Assembly: GCA_951406725.2 (NCBI GenBank)
Contig: OX597814.1
Span: forward strand, 41,850,001 to 41,914,000
Source: Octopus vulgaris
Taxonomy: Eukaryota
Direction of reading: 5' to 3'
Length of the DNA: 64,000 bases
Of the stretch, positions 55,501 through 64,000 are shown one piece after another. The translations under genes and the position numbers were made by a program. Within the stretch, counting starts at the first letter, position 1. Every line of letters begins with the position of its first letter. Under the pieces are notes generated by a model. The model made no database searches, was not told the DNA's origin, and saw nothing but the letters and a program-made list of their open reading frames with translations.

Positions 55501-56748
55501 ATGATGGTGAGTTGAAAAATTCTGAATATGAAAGAATGATACCGCAGCTGTGACATTTTCCATGCACTTATTAATAACTTCATTGGTTATTTCTAGGTAA
55601 ACTGACATCTGACTGTTCAAAGAAGACTTCAAACGTAACTATTAGTAATTTCTCTTGAAAATGGACGAAAATTTGGCATAATTGTTTGATCAAATGCTTG
55701 CGGAAATAGGATTTAATCGCCAAAGACATTCGTGCTGATATAGTTGCTACATTAAGATATGATGATCCTGGTATATCTACAGGGCAAACCAGGGGAGCTG
55801 AATTTATAAAGGTATGTGAAAGCCTTGAAGATGACCAAAAATCTGGATGAGTTGCAACTACCACCACCGAGAGAAACATTGATGGATACCAGGTGATAGA
55901 CTATAGATCAAATAGTCAATGTTATTAGTATAACCTATGAGAGAGTTGAGATTATTCTGTACAGAGAACTTATCATGGCAAAGGTTTCTGTTCGATGAAT
56001 ATTTTCTGACACCTGATCAAATGCGAACAAGGATGGGCACATAAATTGAAATTCTACCGTTATTTCAGGCAAATCCATTTGGTTTCCTTGAATGGTTGCC
56101 AAGCCAGGATGAGTGTTGGGTTAATCACTTTTAGCCAAAGTGAAATATACAATCCATGCAGTGGAAAAACGTCTCTTCACCTTTTCCTGTATAACCAAGG
56201 CGGTTTCATCTGTAGGGAAAGAGATGATCTCAATTTTGGGGGAAGTAAAAAGCATTATGTCTATTGAGTAACGTCAAAATGGCTACACAATGAATGGAGA
56301 GTTCTGTGCCAACTTTTTGTGGAAGTTACGAAAGGCTTTCAGGGGAATGCGTCAAGAAAACTGACGAAAGGAGCCTTGCTTCATCAAAGCAATTCTCCAG
56401 TGCACAAGAACTTGGTTTCAGTGGCTATTTTGCTTGAATATGCCTTTGTACTGGCTAATCAGCCTCCTGATTGGTTCTATGTTATGATTTATTATACAAC
56501 ACAAAAAATAAAAAAAAATATGAAAAATAAAAACTTGGCTTCAAATGAGTAATACAGTGAGGATGGTTTCATAAAAGCTGTGGTTAACACTTAGAGGAAC
56601 AGGATGAAATCCTGTTCGACAATGGAATCCAAACACCCTAACTCCGATTGAAGAAGTGTATTGACCACAATGGGAAAATAAACGACATTTAGTGACATAA
56701 CGTGAGAGTAACTTCGTCAGCCTATGAATGTTTCAGCTGACGCACATA
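55501..56748 (+). mobile_element. decayed near-full-length mariner transposon
   Basis: About 1.25 kb. Peptides KDIRADIVATL, ESLEDDQKSG*VATTTT, KKHYVY, KLTKGALLHQSNSPVHK, NGIQT and KKCID; degenerate TIR-like ends (GTTGAAAAATTC / GAATGTTTCAGC). Confidence 0.85.
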
Positions 56749-56803
56749 TATACACAACACACACGCACACATATGTGTGTAATTATGTGTGTGTATATGT
56801 ATT

Positions 56804-56853
<50 letters not shown>

Positions 56854-56858
56854 ATATA

Positions 56859-56934
<76 letters not shown>

Positions 56935-56944
56935 TAGAGAGATG

Positions 56945-57000
<56 letters not shown>

Positions 57001-57909
57001 TACACATGTTATGAATTCTCATACATTGAAGTTTGCGTGCGCTTTGACATAGTAGTGTGCTTTCGCGCGCGTTTATATGTGCATATGCATACGTTTATAT
57101 ATTTAAATATGTTTCACGTAAACAAATTTTTATGGGTCCATTTATTTGAATTGTTTGAATGTTTCAGTTATTTCGACATGATTGTAGTTATATCGTTAGG
57201 CGTTCAACATTCAGCTATAAATGTCATATTGGCAGCTTATCTTTCATTTCTAATGCACTACGACAAATTTATTGGTTTACTAGCGTAGAATGTTATGGAA
57301 AGTGATGTCGAATAGTGACGTAAATGAAATATAGCAAGTCAGAATTAGGAAGTATAAAATTCCTTTCTTAAGATATTTGAATCAAGAATTTCTTCTCGAA
57401 ATGTTTGACATCTAACAGCATAGAAATGATGTTGTGGCTGAAATCGCAACATATTTTCTCATAGATTAATATGAAATATCAGAAATGATCTATATTCAAA
57501 GTAGATACGAGCTTGATCGATATGATATATCAACAATGAATGCAGAGCAGGTAAAGTTATAAAAATCAGGACATACAACAAATGCGTCATTAAGTACATA
57601 TATCATTTGCTACTTTAATCAGTACTTGGATATAGCCATGGTCAGGATTGTTTAAATAAACTATAGAAACTGCAAGTAAATAAATTACGAGACTCAGTCC
57701 GCATGCACAACTACCAATTTCTGGCTACAGATTGAACAAAAGAGCATGAAAGCAGGAAATTTACAAGACATAAATACAATCTACAAGATGAATGAAGCAA
57801 TATTTTATACTGTTTGTAAATCTAAACCTACATACATACATATGCACACATGCACGGACACATATATTCATGCATTCGTGCCTACATGAACACATACTCT
57901 CACACACAC

Positions 57910-57978
<69 letters not shown>

Positions 57979-57989
57979 GATAGACACAC

Positions 57990-58392
57990 GTGTGGCTATA
58001 AGGTAAGATGATTGCTTCCTAATCACGTAGCACCGTGATCAGTTCCACGGCGGGGCAACATGGTCATGAATCTTCTACTATAGCCTCGGAGCGGCCAAAG
58101 ACTTTTCAGTGGATTTGGTAGACGGAAACTGAAAGAAATCTCTCGAGTTTATATGTGTATACATATATGTGCTTGTGTCTTTGTGTCTGTGTTTACACCC
58201 TCACCGTCACCACATGAAAACCGATGTTGGTATGATTACGTCCCCTGTAGCGTAGCCGTTCGACAATAAGAGAATGATAGAACTAATACCAGAATTTGAA
58301 AAGAGATATGTATTGAGGTCGATTCATTCGAATAAAAACTTTTCTTGGCGGTGCTCCACCATGTCTGCAGTCAAACGATTGAGACATGTGAA
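57990..58392 (+). mobile_element. SINE family B, old copy
   Basis: TGTGGCTATAAGGTAAG head, TCTTCTACTATAGCCTCGG, GGATTTGGTAGACGGAAACTGAAAGAA, and GCAGTCAAACGATTGAGACATG tail. Confidence 0.8.
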
Positions 58393-58519
58393 ACAAAAAG
58401 AAAAAAAAATATGAATACAAGAATATGTGTGTGTGTGTGTGTGTGAATGTGTGTGTATGTGTGTGTAGATAGATAGATAGTCAGATAGATTGATAGATAG
58501 TCTGATATATATATACGTG

Positions 58520-58832
58520 TGTGGAAGGGCAATGGCCCAGTGGTTAGGGCAGCGTATTCGCGGTTGTAGGATCGCGGTTTCGATTCCCAGACTGGGCGTT
58601 GTGAGTGTTTATTGAGCGAAAACACCTATAGCTCCACTAGGCTCCGGCAGGAGGTGGTGGCGATCCCTGCTGTACTCTTTCGCCACAACTTGCTCTCACT
58701 CTTTCTTCTGTTGGTCTGGTCGCTTAGCCAGCGGGGTGGAGTCATTTGAAGGCTAAAACAATGCGAAGCGCATTGTGACCAGCGATGTGTAGCAACATCT
58801 GATAGCCTGGTCGGTCACGGTGATCACGGTGA
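58520..58832 (+). mobile_element. full-length SINE family D
   Basis: A-box TGGCCCAGTGG, B-box GTTTCGATTCC, and a tail ending in (TCACGGTGA)2. Confidence 0.85.
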
Positions 58833-61061
58833 TATATATATATATATAAAGAGAAAGAGAGATAGATAGATAGATAGACAGATAGAATGATAGATGTAGA
58901 AGTAGAAAAATATATGCGTGTGTGTGTGTGTGTTTGCGTGCGTGTATATAGTTATTTATTTTTATGCATATAAGCACCTGCGTACGTATGCATATTTGAT
59001 TCCTGTTCTGATAATCCGTCTCGGCTTTTCTGTTGTCAGCTCCAATAACTTCAATACTCTTCTAATACATCCACAAAGGCACATGTCCACCTAAATAAAC
59101 GAGGGTGCACACACACACACACATGCACACATACACATCACATCAAACCGCACGTATACAGAATGCCAATTCTTATTTTTATATTTTCCACACACTTTTT
59201 ATAAATCACGAAACGAAACTTGCGTGAGTGATTGTGTGCGTCAATGCGTGCGTCTGTGTTTGTGTGTGTGTGTGCGTGTGCATGTCTGTGTGTGTGTGTG
59301 TGTACGTGTGTGTGTGTGTCTGTATGTCTGTCTGTCTAACTATGTACATTCAGTCTTTGTACTCCGTCGGAATATATTGTGACTTTATTTTAAAATTCAC
59401 TTTCATCCTATATAAAGAGCCGAAGCGTTACATGACCTTCATACTATAATTTGTGTTATTTGACTCTATAGCTTTATATTCTGTAGTAAACTTATGCTTT
59501 GTGTAATATTATGTTGTGTTGGGAAAGCCTGTATTGGGGTTCGATCGAAATAATTATACATCCTTCCTACTAACTTAAATATTAGTAGTCTGCTCCCGAT
59601 TTGAGAAACCACCATTAATAGTGCTTACACACGCAAGTCACAGTGTATTAATGCGTGTATCTTCTTCTTATAGAACTTCCAATTTTCTTTACGGTTTCCG
59701 GAAATGCAATATATATTGTAAATTTGATGATATATTTTTCTCATTTAATATCACGTAATATCCTCTGCAAGATTTATGCTTAATGTCTTTCTCAAATTTA
59801 TTCAGAAAGAACGTGAACACAACCTCCTTGTTATGTTACATGACAAACTATCAGAATGTCACCCATACTCAGATATATTTTTGACCATAGTGCCGAATTC
59901 ATTACTAGTAGGATGGGGAACGACTACTCAGACAATCAACAAACACAATTCATGAATATTTACTAAAACAAATGAAACGAAAGTAAAATAACGTAGTAAC
60001 ATATGCAGTATAGGATGACGTAAACAAGTCATAATGCTATATTTTCCATGGTTTCCAACAATCAAATCTATTTTCATACCAAATGTAAAAGCTGATGTGT
60101 ATTGTGTACGATTCACAATGCTTGCTATTTTGTGTAACCGAAGTTTAAATAAATATCATCTCAATGTAATATCAAGAATGCTTCATTCATCCGACTCAGC
60201 CAAATGCACTGGCAGCAGATACTCTGCTGCAAAACTCTATCTGTGAGTGTTTTTCAATTTCTCTCCCTGTTTCTGTTTGTCTGTCTCTCTCTCTCCCTTT
60301 CTCTCTGTTGTCTAACATCTATCTATATATCTGTCCATCTGTCTATCTATCTACGTATCTATCTATCTGTCTATCTGTCTATCTGTCTACAATCTCGCTT
60401 CTCTCATCCCTCTCTGTTATGAATGCATGTATGCGTATATGTGTACGCGTGTGTTTGTGTATTTGTACAAGTGTGTTTGCATTTGTGTTATGCTCATTTT
60501 GTTTGTCCCTTTATTCATGTTGATATTCTTGTCCCGAATTTGAACAAAATGTTATTTTTCCTGCCATTTTTATAGCTAGCGGCGCTTAATTTGTTATTTT
60601 CACCTCTCGTGTAATTCATGCTGTTCGTTGTTACCGTTCGTACCTTCTTCGTTTGAAGCATATCTACTACACTACACCATATAACCCATGCTCTTGGCTC
60701 TATCAATATTTATGTCTATGTTATATTTCCAGGCGATTTTCAGAGGAATAAATCTTTGCATCTAAGTACGAAAATATATTGAGGTTATCTGCACACGCCA
60801 TTTTCATAAACTTGCCACTGTATCTCTCCAGCAGTCCACCAGTTGCACATAGAAGCGTTTTTAAAGTTATTATTTCTCGCTAAGTAAAGGATATATATAT
60901 ATATATGTGTGTGTGTGTGTTTGTGTGAGTGTGTGTGTGTGTTTGTGTGTGTGTGTGTTTGTGTGTATGTATGTGTGTGTGCATGCATGTATGTATGTAT
61001 GTATGTATTTATGTATGTATGTATGTATGTGTGTGCATGTATGTATGTTTGCATATATATA

Positions 61062-61108
<47 letters not shown>

Positions 61109-61109
<1 letters not shown>

Positions 61110-61491
61110 TCTCTATATATAAACGGCAGTTTGTCTGTGTGTGTTTCTGTGTGTCTGTTTGCTTGTACCCTCACTCTGACCACGGCTTTCAACCGATTCT
61201 GATGAAACTTGACACACACATAGCCCAATGTCATAATTCAAAACTAACGCAGCGAAAATTTTGAAAAGTTCCCCCAGTTCTGAAAAAGATCGATAAATTC
61301 AACATGGGGTCGACAATCAGAAATACAAACCACAGATGGTCATGGGGACGCAACTCGACCTTTTTAACTATCAAAAAAATTTACCATCTTTTTTTTCCCA
61401 TGTTTTTGCTATTTTTTGGCTATAACTCTCTAAAAAATCCTTTATAGTTATTTCCCTTACAAACCCGAGCAACGCCGGGCGATACTGCTAG
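61109..61491 (+). mobile_element. short non-autonomous Helitron (~380 bp)
   Basis: 5' A|TCTCTCTATATATAAA...GTCTGT...AACCGATTCTGATGAAACTT; 3' CCCGAGCAACGCCGGG hairpin, then CGATACTGCTAG|T. Confidence 0.88.
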
Positions 61492-61497
61492 TATATT

Positions 61498-62138
61498 TAT
61501 ATAAATAAGGATAAGATCGATACTTAAATATCGATCTTATCAAGTTGCCAGCAAGGGAATAAAAAAAAAATTCAAAGGTAATAATTGCAAATAGCAGTCA
61601 AAACTTGACTCTAAAGCCACATTAAATGTGCATATAGCACTAGGAGAGAAGACAAAGACACAAAACTAACTAGCCCAAAAATAACTGGATAATTCCAGAT
61701 CCCTGATTTCTAGCTTTGTATACAAAGCTAGAAATCCGGGATCGGGCACTTAAAACTAGTCGTGTACATACGTTCGTATATGTAAGTATATCGTATGTCG
61801 AATATATTTATATATATACTAAGTAATTAAGGGTTTAGCAACGATTTGCCTCACCACACACCGAATTTAGAAATAGCAGTTAAAGCGTTATGGCTATTCT
61901 TTCCACTTACGATATACTTATGTATATATATATATATATATATATGTATATTCGACATACGATATACTTACATATACTAACGTATGTACACGACCAGTTT
62001 TAATTGCCCGCCTTAAAGCACCTCGTGCGATATGGTGACAATAAACACCGTAGTGAATATAATGACGAAATAAATATGTAATATTTTATAAATAAGGATC
62101 AGATCGATATCTGAATATCGATCTTATCAAATGACCAA
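61498..62138. repeat. compound direct/inverted repeat module
   Basis: ~50-bp direct repeats (61498-61549, 62086-62138) enclose a 46-bp palindrome (61698-61743) and a 63-bp inverted repeat (61744-61806 / 61947-62009). Confidence 0.85.
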
Positions 62139-62151
62139 TATACACACAAAC

Positions 62152-62187
<36 letters not shown>

Positions 62188-64000
62188 CAATAAAGATTCA
62201 AGTTAATTTAAATGAATTAACTTGAATATGGTACCTAACTTAGATGCACCAAAAGAAAACTATACTGATTTAACAATACAGTAATCTGGGGTGATTATAA
62301 GCGAGAAAGAAGCAACAAGAATGGATAGGTTTTTAGTACAATCATTTCAAGATTTTATTGGCTAAACTGGCAATATGACCATTCCGAAATATAACAATAT
62401 ATATATATATATATATATATAATTTGTTGTACTGTAACATCAGCTAATATTAACCCATCAGTGAGAGATAAATATCATTTAATGCACATAATGTAATACC
62501 TGAGTTACTCATATTGTCTTGCATTGGAAATGCAGGTCTAGGCAGGATTTTATAACACGCCTTTGAGCACTTGGTTTATTCAGTTTCCAAACCAGGACAT
62601 TTAATAGACCCTGTGCTTAAAATCCGATCATTGCTTGGGCAGACACGGCGTGTGATTTTATACAGTGTATTTTATATTATATATAAGTGTGTGTATGTGT
62701 TTGTATGTGTGTGTGTGTGAGAGAGAAAGAGAGAGAGAGAGTATAAATCATATAATGCCAGGTGGCAGGGGAGATGAATGTAGTTAATTTAATATTTGAT
62801 ATCCTTACGATTATAGCCGTATTGCAGCCTTTATCACGTAAAAATATTTTCAGTGTATAATAAATTATTTTACATTTCTGCTCCAATCTTAATGATATCA
62901 AGTGGTTAAATAAATTTATTCACCTTTCATACCTTCATACCTTTTGCGGTTTATATACTCCCCATGAAAAGATTTCATCGAATTGGTTTCCTGGATTTCA
63001 GTTGCATACGACTCTGCATTATACTCCTCAGTATTGGATTATTATGAGGTGTGATAGCCGAAGCCACATGTGAAGGTTTTTTGATAGCCACAAGATTCTA
63101 TGAGTTCGTAAATTTTCTCTCCTCTCTCTCCTTCTCTCTTTCTCTCTCCCTTTCTCCACTCGCACACGCTCACACACACACATACATGGTTAAACCACGA
63201 GTCGCTTGTAGTGGCTATTCACGTTTAGGTCATTTCTTCCACTCTCCCATCACAATTGTTTTTCCTTCCTGTTTTGTAAATAGCAATTTTGTTAACTTTT
63301 TAGGACGCTGTTATACGTTCATCAACTGATCTTTCCTTAAAAATGAACAATATTATCATAATTTTAAAAGGTTATATATCAGAATTAACAAATCGTCGGA
63401 ATAAATCAATATTTTCATTTTATTATTTGATTTGCAGCATTGTTGATGGGAATTCGTGTGCTGATTTATCTTGCTGCGTGTTGGGAGGGTCATTACGCTT
63501 ATAATAAGAAGCAAATGCACAGGCCCCCAAAAGACTTTTTTTTAATGTTGAGACACACGTCGAGGTACACGCAAAGACACGCATAAATACAAACACAAGT
63601 TCACACAAGGGCACATGCATCCACGCACACGTACAGGCAAACATAAACACGTACACAGACAGTGCACATACACATACGCGCAAACATGCATGCGTGCGCA
63701 GGAACACATACACGCGACCAAATAGGCACAAACATAGACATACTCCCCGACGCTTATTCAGAAAACGGGGTTCACCACACGGACATGCATAAGCGTACAC
63801 ACACACTAGAACGCACACTTAATTACCCACACAAATTCACACACTGAAGTAAGCACACATATTCACACGCACACATACGAACAAATACGCTGACTCACAG
63901 AATGGACTTAACTACGCAATCACGGACACTAGGCCACACACTTGAGCACACATGCATATATGCATACCGCACACACACACATACATACCCGCACACGCAG

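Noticed and set aside
63433-63495. Possible exon after a TTTGCAG acceptor
   Set aside because: Weak donor, no recognisable peptide and no partner exons.

Overview
AT-rich eukaryotic DNA, dense in microsatellites. Its repeat repertoire suggests a cephalopod (Octopus-like) intergenic or intronic region; this is an inference from recalled repeat families, not a search result. I found no credible host gene exon, and nearly all listed ORFs are translations of (TA)n, (CA)n, (TCTA)n or (TAA)n tracts. The window is mostly decayed transposable elements: four tRNA-derived SINE families (some with target-site duplications), a degenerate Helitron Rep/PIF1-helicase gene (29.2-32.9 kb), three non-autonomous Helitrons with A|TC...hairpin-CTAG|T ends, mariner remnants and MITEs, RTE and R4/Dong-like LINE fragments, and Penelope-like element (PLE) pieces. 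The most notable signal is a set of minimal type I hammerhead ribozyme motifs. One canonical motif is present on both strands of a near-perfect 319-bp palindrome (49567-49885). Another (33296-33346) has a 7-bp stem I and a G3:C8 swap of the normally conserved C3:G8 core pair. One Helitron (25396-28159) carries mariner and PLE coding fragments as apparent cargo. Coordinates were counted by hand and may be off by a few bases.
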